DNA of 64,000 bases, from assembly GCA_050951545.1 (NCBI GenBank), contig JBMNJG010000005.1:326483-390482 (forward strand), written 5' to 3'. Below, piece by piece: positions 1 through 9,137 of this stretch (position 1 is the stretch's first letter; every line of letters begins with the position of its first letter). The DNA comes from Limnochordia bacterium. Its GTDB lineage: Bacteria > Bacillota > Limnochordia > DTU080. The position numbers and the translations under genes are program-made. Under the pieces are notes generated by a model, which saw only the letters and a list, made by a program, of their open reading frames with translations, made no database searches and had not been told where the DNA came from.

Positions 1-613
1 AGAGCCAGCCCACAGCGTACCAATTTCCCAGCCACGGGATGAATCCGAGTTGCGTAAACTTGCCCTCGGCATCACGCTTTGTCAGCTTCCGAGCCATGTC
101 ATCCAGCTCAGAAAGGGTGGCTGGTCCACGCGAATCGTCCATTCCGCCTTCAGCTATCAGATCCTTGTTCCAAAAAAGGCCTCGAATATCTGTGTCCCAT
201 GGTACTCCGTAAGACTGGCCCTCGTGGCACACCTCACTGTATGTGCCAGGTAACCAAGCGCCTTTTACGGAGGTCTCCATAAGCTTGTCGATGGGAAGGA
301 GCAGACCCTTGTTCGCCCATTCGATGATAATCGACCGCTCGAACTGCACCACATCCTGTGGCGTGCCCCCAGCGATGGCCGTAATGAGCTTGTCTGGGCT
401 AGAGCTCCCTCGCACCAGCTCGACCTCGACGTTCGGGTTGTCCCTCTTGAACTGCTCAACGAGTTCCAGATAGGCATCTTCTATTCGCCCGGTAGAACCA
501 TACCAGTTGTACTGGTAGACCACCTTGACCTTCCCTGCACTAACAGCTGACGCCAGGCTGAGCAAGACACAGAGCACAGCGACCACGACCGATCCTCTAC
601 ACGCATAACGCAT
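1..613 (-). CDS. ABC transporter sugar-binding protein (family 1), 3' end beyond window edge
   Basis: Hand translation from ATG 613 (GGAGG SD upstream): signal peptide MRYACRGSVVVAVLCVLLSLASAVSA, then ..FKRDNPNVEVELV..AIAGGTPQDVVQF..YGVPWDTDIRGLFWNKDL; open to base 1. Confidence 0.85.
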   Translation of the reverse strand, partial: MRYACRGSVVVAVLCVLLSLASAVSAGKVKVVYQYNWYGSTGRIEDAYLELVEQFKRDNPNVEVELVRGSSSPDKLITAIAGGTPQDVVQFERSIIIEWANKGLLLPIDKLMETSVKGAWLPGTYSEVCHEGQSYGVPWDTDIRGLFWNKDLIAEGGMDDSRGPATLSELDDMARKLTKRDAEGKFTQLGFIPWLGNWYAVGWL

Positions 614-660
614 CTCGACCCCTCCTTGTCGACTATTTACTCATCATCCGTCTGCATGAA

Positions 661-687
661 GGGTATTAGTTATAAACGCTAATACCC
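661..687. promoter_or_regulatory. Palindromic operator-like site
   Basis: GGGTATTAG-N9-CTAATACCC perfect 9-bp inverted repeat in an AT-rich patch ~50 nt upstream of the SBP start. Confidence 0.45.
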
Positions 688-815
688 CTTAGAATAGGGC
701 GCCTGTCTACGTCCAGCCTACATTAGTATGATTACTTTAGCCGTGACTGGAAGCCTGCAATGTTTGGGAAATATCGTGGGGAGGTACTCCCTTCCAGGAG
801 TCGCGTGAGCCGCCT

Positions 816-1934
816 TCAATACCTCCCGTATTTCAGACCTGCTTCGATGTAGGCAACGTAGTTGCCCTCTGTCTTGGCGGCCAATGGCACGTTGATGGGG
901 GCCGCTGTAGGCATCAGCACAAAGCCACCGCCCTCTGCCGCCTCATCGATGGCTGTGCGCACGAGCTGATCGATCGAATCGGGATCACTGTTTTCCAGCT
1001 CCTTCAGTTCGATGTTCCCGAAAAGGCAGAGCTCGCGCCCATGGCGTCGTTTCACCTCGGCCAGCGTGATGTCGCCATCGGGTGGGGGCTCGATCGGGTC
1101 CAAGCCCTGCGCACCAGCGCTCACAATCTGGTCGAGCACCGCTCCTACTTTTCCATGGCAATGGACACGCGCAAAGCCGCGAGCCTCACGGATGGCTGTG
1201 CACATCCGCGTCACATAGGGAGTCACAAGGAGGCGGAAGTAATCGGGTGAGAGATAGGGCGGGGTGGCGTATTCCGGCCCACAGATACGAAACTGCACTC
1301 CTTGCACGTCATAGGCCAGGATCTGGCGTAGCTGATGCATCTGTCTTTCATGGATCGCATCCAGAAAGTACCGGATGCGTTCGGTCTCGGTGATCGCATG
1401 GACCAAGAACTGCCCCATCTCAAAGAGTGCTGCCGCTTCACAGATGGGATCACTTACGCTGATCATCATGACACCACGATCTCCCAGCTTCTGTTGATCT
1501 TCGTAGAAGCGTGTCATATCCACTTCCGGCGGATACCAAGGGATGGCCAGATAGCTGTCGATATCCTCGATCGACTTCAGGGGATGCTCCAGGGTCCACG
1601 TCGTATGCACTCCGTCATCGACACGGTGCAGGGATTGCAGGCTCCCCTTGGGCGTATGCCTCACCACTCGGCGGTATTGACTCGCCCCTTCCCTCCACGT
1701 CTGCACCTCTACACGAGGGGCCGGCTCATCTCGCTTCGCTACTTTCCAGTTCACACCTGTCATGTAGATGCAGTCTGTCTTCGCTCGAATCGTGTCCATC
1801 AGGCGACGATATGACGGCTCCTTGTTTTCCCACGAGTTCTCGTTCCAACCGACCAGTTCGTATGTAGATATGGGCACTCGATCCGCCGTTGTACAGGCCA
1901 TGGCCGCTAGCAAGCGAGCTCGTGATGATGTCAT
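816..1934 (-). CDS. Uroporphyrinogen decarboxylase (URO-D)/MtaA-CmuA-like family protein
   Basis: Start moved to MTSSRARLLAAM (GGAGGAG SD); family-typical N-terminus, VHCHGK metal motif, CLFGNIE and GGGFVLMPT C-terminus. Confidence 0.8.
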   Translation of the reverse strand: MTSSRARLLAAMACTTADRVPISTYELVGWNENSWENKEPSYRRLMDTIRAKTDCIYMTGVNWKVAKRDEPAPRVEVQTWREGASQYRRVVRHTPKGSLQSLHRVDDGVHTTWTLEHPLKSIEDIDSYLAIPWYPPEVDMTRFYEDQQKLGDRGVMMISVSDPICEAAALFEMGQFLVHAITETERIRYFLDAIHERQMHQLRQILAYDVQGVQFRICGPEYATPPYLSPDYFRLLVTPYVTRMCTAIREARGFARVHCHGKVGAVLDQIVSAGAQGLDPIEPPPDGDITLAEVKRRHGRELCLFGNIELKELENSDPDSIDQLVRTAIDEAAEGGGFVLMPTAAPINVPLAAKTEGNYVAYIEAGLKYGRY

Positions 1935-2160
1935 GAGTGCCGACTCCTCCCGCTCTGGGATAGCTCCCGCAAGCGCCATTCTGGTTTGGCATGCGAGTTC
2001 CTGCATCGGGGATGAACTGCGAACGTGTACCGTCAGCACCGGATCTAGCCACTTAATAGAAGGAAGTTGCCGAAGTTCCACGTAGTACCTCAAAGCAGGT
2101 GCCTCCTGTAGAGGCGCCCGATGCTTAGAGTGTGGAACGATTGACAAAGGGGTGTCAGCA

Positions 2161-3504
2161 ATGGCTAGTTTGATGGCTGGTGCAGCCACCACAGATATTA
2201 CGCCTTCACTGGGCGCGTCGATTGCAGGGTATTTTCATGATCGCAAGGCTGAAGATGTGGACGATCCGTTACATGCCAAAGCAGTGGTCCTAGATAACGG
2301 TGAATGCCGGATCGCCATGGTCGTACTCGATCTCCTAGGCATATCGGGCGAGTACGTCAAGGCCATTCGGGATCTGGTAACGGAAAGTACAGGTATTCCC
2401 GGGGAAAACGTGCTCGTCGCCTGCACCCACACACACACAGGTCCAACCATTCAGGATATCTACGACTGTAAACACGACGAGGACTACATCAAGTGGATGA
2501 TAAGGCGCGCCGCTGATGCGGTCAGCCTCGCTGTGCGTCGCCTACAACCCGCCCGCATTGCCTGGGATGAAGGTGAACAGCCCGATCCACTCTTTTGCCG
2601 CCGCTTCCGCATGCGTGACGGCAGCGTAAAGATGAACCCTGGGCGTGGGAACCCTGATGCCATAGCTCCCACCAGTCCGATCGACCCAGTGGTTGGTGTG
2701 CTATATATTGAAGACGCTCAGAGGCAGCCTCTGGCCGTTATCGCTCGCTATAGTCTGCACTACGTAGGCACCGACAACAACAACGCTATCTCTGCTGACT
2801 ACTACGCGCACTTCGCGGACGTCATGGGCCGTGTTCTCGGTGCTGGGTGCACCACACTGCTCTTTAACGGCACGTCGGGGCAGATCAACAACGTCGACGT
2901 GCAAGGTCCTGCACCACAGCAGTCTGGAGCCAAACAGGCCCGCAAGGTCGCCATCGCCCTCGCAGGTGAGGTACTCAAGGTCATCGGTCGCATGCGTCTA
3001 GTCGACTCTTGTGTACTGGGTTCGGCATCAGAGAAGATAAAGCTCCCGCGCATGAAGATCACCGCTGAGGATGTAGAGGCTGCCAAGCAAATCCTGGAAA
3101 CTGGCAAGGCACCTAGCGACAAACCCTTTAGCTGGGTCACTGGGCCAATATCCGGCCCCATCCTAAAGATCTGTGCCGAAGACGCCCCGATCCTCGCGGC
3201 CATGCCCCCCGAGCTCCCCAGTGAGGTACAAGTGTTGCGCATCGGCGACTCAGCATGGGTAGGTCTACCGGGCGAGATCTTCACAGAGATCGGAATCGCC
3301 ATCAGGGCGGGCTCTCCCACGCCACACACTTTCGCAGTCGAGCTGGCCAACGACAACCGCGGCTATATCCCAACGGATCATGCTCTGCTCCACGAGGGCG
3401 GTTACGAAACGTTCGCCAACCGCTGGTCGCCTCTTGGACCAGGCACCGAGGGGGTATTGCGCGAAACGGCACTGAGACTGCTTGAGCAGCTTTTCGAGGC
3501 GTAG
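2161..3504 (+). CDS. Neutral/alkaline ceramidase-like amidohydrolase
   Basis: AGAATTDITP start, DPLHAKAVVL, CTHTHTGP, NGTSGQIN, LPGEIF and LANDNRGY motifs. Confidence 0.8.
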   Translation: MASLMAGAATTDITPSLGASIAGYFHDRKAEDVDDPLHAKAVVLDNGECRIAMVVLDLLGISGEYVKAIRDLVTESTGIPGENVLVACTHTHTGPTIQDIYDCKHDEDYIKWMIRRAADAVSLAVRRLQPARIAWDEGEQPDPLFCRRFRMRDGSVKMNPGRGNPDAIAPTSPIDPVVGVLYIEDAQRQPLAVIARYSLHYVGTDNNNAISADYYAHFADVMGRVLGAGCTTLLFNGTSGQINNVDVQGPAPQQSGAKQARKVAIALAGEVLKVIGRMRLVDSCVLGSASEKIKLPRMKITAEDVEAAKQILETGKAPSDKPFSWVTGPISGPILKICAEDAPILAAMPPELPSEVQVLRIGDSAWVGLPGEIFTEIGIAIRAGSPTPHTFAVELANDNRGYIPTDHALLHEGGYETFANRWSPLGPGTEGVLRETALRLLEQLFEA

Positions 3505-3541
3505 AAAAGGGCATCGCACCCCATTCACAGGAGTGATTCAC

Positions 3542-5740
3542 ATGGCAGCGTCACTTCCCGTGCTGTTTCCTCAACCCCAGGAAGTCGAAGTAGGTGCGGG
3601 TCGCCTACTGCTAACGCAAGGCAAGACGATTCACTGCAGCATCGTTCTCGCGGCGGGGGCATCCGCTATGGAACGCATGGCCGCCGACGTCGTCCGCGCG
3701 GCCATTGGTGCTCGCAGCGGACTCTGGCCTTCCGTTGTCTCAGGCCAGCCTGCGCCAGGAACCGTACCCATCTGGGTCGGGGAAAGTGCTCGCCCTGCTC
3801 TCGAGGCGCTACCTGCACCGACGGCTGGTACTGTGGGCGAGGGTTATGTTCTGCAGGTGACTGCCGACGGTGTCGCGATACGCGGTCTCGGAGGCGGAGG
3901 CACCCTCTACGGTGCTCAAACGTTGGCGCAGCTGCTATCTGTAGACGGTGTCGAGCTGACACTGCCGCTGGTCACCATCCGAGACTGGCCGCAGTTTCGC
4001 TACCGTGGCCTCTACCTTGAGTCCAAGTGGGGCCCCGATCGGATGACTCTCTCGGATTGGCAAGACCTAATTGACCATATGGCCTCGCTAAAGATGAACC
4101 TTCTCGGCGTGGGTATCTATGGATGTTGGAACATCCAGTACGACCAGAAACCCACTGAGTTCATGCTTATTTCGCTCAAGAAGTACCCTGACCTGAAGAC
4201 GCCCAAGACCATCTCCTACTACTCTGCCCGTGAAGCCGCCTGGAAAGCGGTATCGTACCTACCCACCATGTATGAAGAAGACTTCTTCGGAGAGGTCGTG
4301 GCCTACGGCAAGCAGCGTAACGTCACTGTGCGCCCTCACTTCAACAGCTTAGGGCACAATACCCTGATCCCGCGCCTGTACCCGGAGATCTCCGCGCGCG
4401 ATGCACAGGGATGGCCCACAGGCTATGGCTTCTGCCTTAGTAATCCGGCCACGTTGGAGACCATGAATGAGATCGTTACAGAGATCGCAGATCGCTACCT
4501 GCTTCCACATGGTGTGGATTACTTCCATCTTGGCCTCGATGAAGTCTGGGACATGATCGGAGTCTATCCGCACCACCCGCAGCGCAGAGTGAGTCCGTGG
4601 TGTGAGTGCGAGCATTGCCGCAAGCAAGAGCGTCATGTGCTGATCACCGAGTATGTGTTAGGGCTACTCACTGCGCTTAAGGCCGCAGGCATGCGCCATA
4701 TAACACTCTGGCACGATCAGCTAAACAAGATGGGCGTGCTAAGCGAGGAGTTCGTCCAGCAGCTGGAACTCCGAGGACTCAAAAACAATGTGATCCTCAA
4801 CTGGTGGACCTACGGGGTGAAGCCGTTTGATACCATTCGCCCAGAGCTGGGGCTGCGACGCTTCGTGACGCCGATGACGGGCTACTACTTCTGGTCGCCT
4901 TATCGTAGCAACCTCATCAACATCGAGAGCCTGAGCAGGGTAGGCGCTACGCAAGGCGCAGAAGGTCTGGAAGCCTACTGCACGCACGACGAAGCCTTCG
5001 ATGGCCAACAGCGCCTCCTGGCAGATTGCGGCTGGAACATGGGTGCGGTAAGCGATGTCGCCAGCTGGCAGGAGAAGTACGCTCGCTACGTCTTTGGACA
5101 TGCCTGGGAATCCGGGCTGGAGGCGTTGAAGGCCTTTGATCAGATAAGCACCCCGGGAAGCCATCTGGGCCTCATCTGGCAGCTCTCGTCGTATCCCTAC
5201 ACCTACGTGTCTGCTGAGCGTGACTACCCGCGGCAGTACCCGCAAGAGCCCCTGCGTCGCCTGATTGCCGACCCCGCGGCTCCCGACAAGCTGGCTGCAG
5301 GCGTGAAGGCGGCCTCAGAGGCCAGGTCCAAACTCGAGGATCTGCTGCACGCTGGCATTCCGCACTATAACCTGGCTGCTCAGCTTGTAGCAGAAGCTTG
5401 GCGTTCAGAGGGTCTGGTACGCATCTTCGAGCATCTGCTCAACATGCATACGAGCTACTGCAAAGCCCGCGAAGCGCGTGCTGCGGGCCAACATCAAGAG
5501 GCGACAACTGCCCTGCAGTATGCCCGCGGCCAAGTGATTCGAGCTATGCAACTACAGGAGCGCGTAGCAGTGGAGCTGGAAGAGACCAAAGCCAAATACC
5601 TGCTCCCGCAGATAATGCGTGAGTGGAGCACAGTAAGGCCTTTTCTGATCTCGACCTTGGCCTTCTTGCGCGAGCAACTGGCTACTGACACCGACACAGA
5701 GTTACCTGCTCCGGAGTGGGCGGATCTACCTTCTGCCTAG
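3542..5740 (+). CDS. GH20-like beta-N-acetylhexosaminidase family protein
   Basis: LFPQPQ start, EGYVL..LYGAQTLAQ..IRDWPQFRYRG (GH20 domain 2 to TIM barrel), HLGLDEV catalytic-type motif; AGGAG SD before ATG 3542. Confidence 0.8.
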   Translation: MAASLPVLFPQPQEVEVGAGRLLLTQGKTIHCSIVLAAGASAMERMAADVVRAAIGARSGLWPSVVSGQPAPGTVPIWVGESARPALEALPAPTAGTVGEGYVLQVTADGVAIRGLGGGGTLYGAQTLAQLLSVDGVELTLPLVTIRDWPQFRYRGLYLESKWGPDRMTLSDWQDLIDHMASLKMNLLGVGIYGCWNIQYDQKPTEFMLISLKKYPDLKTPKTISYYSAREAAWKAVSYLPTMYEEDFFGEVVAYGKQRNVTVRPHFNSLGHNTLIPRLYPEISARDAQGWPTGYGFCLSNPATLETMNEIVTEIADRYLLPHGVDYFHLGLDEVWDMIGVYPHHPQRRVSPWCECEHCRKQERHVLITEYVLGLLTALKAAGMRHITLWHDQLNKMGVLSEEFVQQLELRGLKNNVILNWWTYGVKPFDTIRPELGLRRFVTPMTGYYFWSPYRSNLINIESLSRVGATQGAEGLEAYCTHDEAFDGQQRLLADCGWNMGAVSDVASWQEKYARYVFGHAWESGLEALKAFDQISTPGSHLGLIWQLSSYPYTYVSAERDYPRQYPQEPLRRLIADPAAPDKLAAGVKAASEARSKLEDLLHAGIPHYNLAAQLVAEAWRSEGLVRIFEHLLNMHTSYCKAREARAAGQHQEATTALQYARGQVIRAMQLQERVAVELEETKAKYLLPQIMREWSTVRPFLISTLAFLREQLATDTDTELPAPEWADLPSA

Positions 5741-5746
5741 AGTAAA

Positions 5747-5777
5747 GATGACGCTCGCCGATTAGGCGGGCGTCATC
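5747..5777 (+). terminator. Intrinsic terminator hairpin
   Basis: GATGACGCTCGCC/GGCGGGCGTCATC stem directly after the stop codon. Confidence 0.7.
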
Positions 5778-5895
5778 CTTTCACAACCTCATGCCCTTGC
5801 CGCTCTGCGTGAAGGATCGGGCCGTCTGATAGCGTACGTGGCCGCGTTGCCAGGCGGGTGGACAGAAAAACCATGGAGCCGCAGGCAGCGGCCCC

Positions 5896-6246
5896 TTACT
5901 TAGTACCATCAGCCGAAAGACCGTGGCTAACGCGTAGCGCCTCCAAGGTCGTTACTGCCTCCTCTTGTGTCACATCAAGCATCGGAATTCGCCTCTCCTG
6001 AAGAGCACGTACAAGAATGTGGGTAGGAATACGATACAGCTCGGCGACTTCACCCACCGATAGGTCACGCCTTAAGTAGCGTTGCACCGCAGCTTCGATC
6101 TTCTTTTCCATGACTCCACGCAGGAGAGCTTCTTTCAGAAGGGATGCTTCGGAGGAGGCTGAGAGTAGCGTAGTGAGGTAAGCCATCTCGTCGGCCTCCT
6201 GTTGCGAGAGGCGAATGGACTTTGTAAAGGTCTTTCTCACGGTCAC
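5896..6246 (-). CDS. UPF0175-like antitoxin (DNA-binding)
   Basis: N-terminal TKSIRLS (ribbon-like), then AVQRYLRRDLSVGEVAELYRIP..LQERRIP, which matches the UPF0175 HTH pattern. Confidence 0.6.
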   Translation of the reverse strand: MTVRKTFTKSIRLSQQEADEMAYLTTLLSASSEASLLKEALLRGVMEKKIEAAVQRYLRRDLSVGEVAELYRIPTHILVRALQERRIPMLDVTQEEAVTTLEALRVSHGLSADGTK

Positions 6247-6461
6247 TCAACTCCTCCATGCATACGGTCAATCGCGCGCGTGGCAAGGTCGATCAAGGCA
6301 GCACTGGTAACCCAACGCATGTCGCTTACTATGCGTCGCCCTCGGTCGGGGTGCATCATGCCTTTTTCCACAAGCAGAATGACCAAGTGTGGTACCGACA
6401 CAGCTGATACGCCAAGTTCCCAGGAACGGGTAAACGGACGGTAGTCGCTAGGTACCGACAC
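6243..6461 (-). pseudogene. C-terminal remnant of a PIN-domain (DUF3368-like) toxin
   Basis: SDYRP..ELGVSAVSVPHLVILLVEKGMM resembles the DUF3368 C-terminus; 4-nt overlap with the antitoxin; begins directly after the lipoprotein stop, with no N-terminal PIN region. Confidence 0.45.
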
Positions 6462-6791
6462 TCACGGTGGTGAGACCTTCTCCTGGTACCAGACAAGGAA
6501 GTCCAGCCTGGTGATCAGCCACTTCCCGCCGATATGGCGCAGTTCGGCTTTCAGAGGCGAGGCGCGTTTCCAATCGTAATCCGGATATCCGTCTACCGTA
6601 TACCTGTCCATATAGGCACCACTAGCGGTGGCGCTCCCACCAGTCACCTCTATGGTTCGTGCCGTTAGCTGAGCCGCCGAGTAGGTCCAGGTACCGAAGC
6701 TGAACCAGGCATCAATGAACTCACTGTTTGCGTGATATTCTACAGAATATGGAGTCTCATCACTGCCCTCCCAGGAAATAGAACTCTCTAG

Positions 6792-7970
6792 CGTGAGTTT
6801 CCTAGTTATGAGTCGCAAGGGCCCGGAAACTGCTTAGGTATGGGCCTTTTCGGCTATGGCGGTGTATTACCACACCTCGGGGCAAAGCGCTCCAAGCCTA
6901 GGGTGGCGAAAAGCGTCTTTTGCTGCTGGTTCATCTGCGACAGCGTGAGGTGATCCTGGATGTTCATTTGTGGCGGGTAGATGTGCGCCACCTCGGCGAT
7001 GCCCTCAAGGCTCTCAAGCAAGGCGGGAATGCTCTTGGGTGCCTGTTCTGCTTTGTTGGCCGCCGTGAATTGGTGGCAGACCTCTCGCCATAGTAGCGAG
7101 CTAAGAGTCAGGGCGATTACGCAGTAAAACGCATGCACGCGGATCATCGAATCTGTCCAGTGGAACATGGGGCTCCAGCCGACGAAATGCGGATCCTTCA
7201 TCTGCTTGAAAGCGTCTTCGATATGAAACTGTCCGCGATAGGCAGCAAGAATCTCTTCGTTGGTCCAGTCCTGGTTGTCGCTGAAGAGAATCAGTTTGCC
7301 AAAGCGCTGCTCAACCATGGCATTGATGGACTGCTGGTCGATCTCAAAGACCAGCTCAGGCACAATATCGCCGCCGGTGAGCTTGGTTTGAATGACAGCT
7401 CGAACCTCCGGGTCTTTGAGAATGTCACTAACTTGTTTTTCAATGCTTTCGTAGGTGGGGGCTCGGCCACTCTTAACTTCCCCGACGCGGCGTCGCTCGA
7501 GCTTCTTGCATAGCTCTCGCAATGCCTTCTCGGCCTTTTTCAGTTTTGTCAATAATCCTTGCTGCTGCCCCAACGAACGTGCCGGGTTGAAAACCACCAC
7601 TACGGTGCGCTCTTTGCCCATCACGAGCCGGCGAGTTCGAAAGGCTTTGTGGCCAATGTATTCGCCTTTCATGGGCCCAAAACTCACGGATGCCTGTGCC
7701 AGTAGATCCAGGTGCTGACTGGGCGACAAAGAGCCGACAACGTGGTAGGAAGCTTGCGCATCAAAGGCCTGTTGGTTGCTCTTGGAGTTGTTGCCCTTAT
7801 CCCAGACGATGGTGATGTGCTCGCAGTGTTTGGCGAGTAGCTTGTAGCGCTCCACAAGCTGTTCGGTGACGGAGGCGAACTGAACTGCGTCTGGTCTGTT
7901 GCCGGGATACACGTCGTGGAAGAGGGGGATGTGGTAATCCATAGTAACCATAAGTGCAAGACTTATCTGC
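6792..7970 (-). mobile_element. IS1634-family insertion sequence, 5'-truncated
   Basis: Bounded by CTAG at 6788-6791 and 7971-7974 within a host gene; carries a partial DDE transposase. Confidence 0.8.
6854..7951 (-). pseudogene. IS1634-family transposase, N-terminally truncated
   Basis: (QISLAL)MVT..IPLFHDVYPGN, IVWDKG, YRGQFHIEDAFKQMK (YREK-type) and PMFHWTDSMIRVHAF; begins mid-domain. Confidence 0.8.
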
Positions 7971-7974
7971 CTAG

Positions 7975-8973
7975 GTCAGGCACCAACACCTGCTCGAGGT
8001 AGACGACGTCCTCTTTGACTATGGCCTGCATCACCTGGTTGAGGACCTTATCGATCTCTTCTTTTCCATCCACGCGGCGCCCAATGCAGCCCGTCGAAAT
8101 CAAGACGAGCCCCAGCACCAACACCAGCAGCAGCCTTCGCATGATCAGCGCCTCCCTTTTGAGGTGCCTCACTGGTATCTCGCGACCAACTCCGTATATC
8201 GCGATGACCCGCAGTCGAAGCTGATACACTTGCTGGGTATCGCACCCTTTGGACGATGCCGCATCCCCCTTCATGACTCAAATTCCGTCGCCACACAGCG
8301 ATAATGGCGGGGATATCGAGCCCCGTCGCCTACTGCTCTATATGTGGCCTACAAATCCACAAGATGAAAGAACTCAAGTTTGGTGACCTTCCACTTCCCA
8401 CCGATGTAGCGCAGTTCTGCCCGCAGTGGTGATTCGCGTCTCCAATCTTCAGGCTTACACTCACGCGTGTCGCCATAGACGCCCTCAGCAGTGGCACTGT
8501 CACCCGTCACCTCTATGATTCGCGCCGTCAGCTGAGCTGCCGTGTAGTTCCATGTCCCGAACTGATAGAAGCCGTGCAAAAACCCCATGTTTGTGTCATA
8601 TCCCCAGTTAAATGGTTCTCCATGGACAGTCTCGGTAAGGGAGCTCTCGAGGTCAGGCACCAACACCTGCTCCAAGTAGACGACGTCCTCTTTAACGATG
8701 GCCTGCATCACCTGGTTAAGGACCTTGTCGATCTCTTCTTTCCCATCCACGCGACGCCCAATGCAGCCCGTCGAAACCAAGACGAGCCCGAGCGCCAACA
8801 CCAGCAACAGCCTTCGCATGATCAGCGCCTCCCTTTTGAGGTGCCTTTCTGGTATCGCGACCAACCCCTATGCCGCGATGACCCGCAGTAGAAGCTGATA
8901 CACTTGCTGGGCATCGGACCCTTTGGACGAATCTGCATCCCCTCTCAGGAATCGAATACCGTCGCCCCACAGC
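7975..8973 (-). repeat. Tandem duplication (~680-bp period) of lipoprotein 5' end plus leader
   Basis: About 7975-8299 aligns by eye with about 8652-8973 (coding N-terminus plus ~150 nt upstream). Confidence 0.85.
8349..8819 (-). CDS. Lipoprotein paralog B, unknown function (possibly NTF2-like)
   Basis: GGGAGG SD, lipobox-type VSTGC, helical N-region, beta-rich C-terminus ending ..YIGGKWKVTKLEF. Confidence 0.8.
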   Translation of the reverse strand: MRRLLLVLALGLVLVSTGCIGRRVDGKEEIDKVLNQVMQAIVKEDVVYLEQVLVPDLESSLTETVHGEPFNWGYDTNMGFLHGFYQFGTWNYTAAQLTARIIEVTGDSATAEGVYGDTRECKPEDWRRESPLRAELRYIGGKWKVTKLEFFHLVDL

Positions 8974-9070
8974 CACGGAAGCGTAGGCGTCGATTATGGA
9001 TCGCGATATTCTACCGGTTATCGAAGCATTCCTTCTAGATATAGGGAAGTTAGCGCCATGACGGTAGCCT

Positions 9071-9117
9071 AGTCTGAAAGGGGGGCCGCTCGATGCAGCG
9101 CCCCCCTGTTACAGACT
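9071..9117 (-). terminator. Terminator-like hairpin
   Basis: AGTCTG..GGGGGGCCGCT/AGCGCCCCCC..CAGACT downstream of the deacetylase gene. Confidence 0.55.
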
Positions 9118-9137
9118 CTTGCCTCGCTAACCCGCAT

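Larger units (their letters stand above)
6462..8142 (-). pseudogene. Lipoprotein paralog A interrupted by an IS1634 remnant
   Basis: N-half 8142-7971 (MRRLLL..ISTGC..VPDL) and C-half 6791-6462 (LESS..AAQLTARTIEV..GGKW) rejoin in frame at CTAG to give a ~165-aa homolog of 8349-8819. Confidence 0.85.

Noticed and set aside
6462-8973. Diversity-generating retroelement or integron cassette array behind lipoprotein variation
   Set aside because: No reverse transcriptase, integrase or attC-like sites; differences are not adenine-specific.
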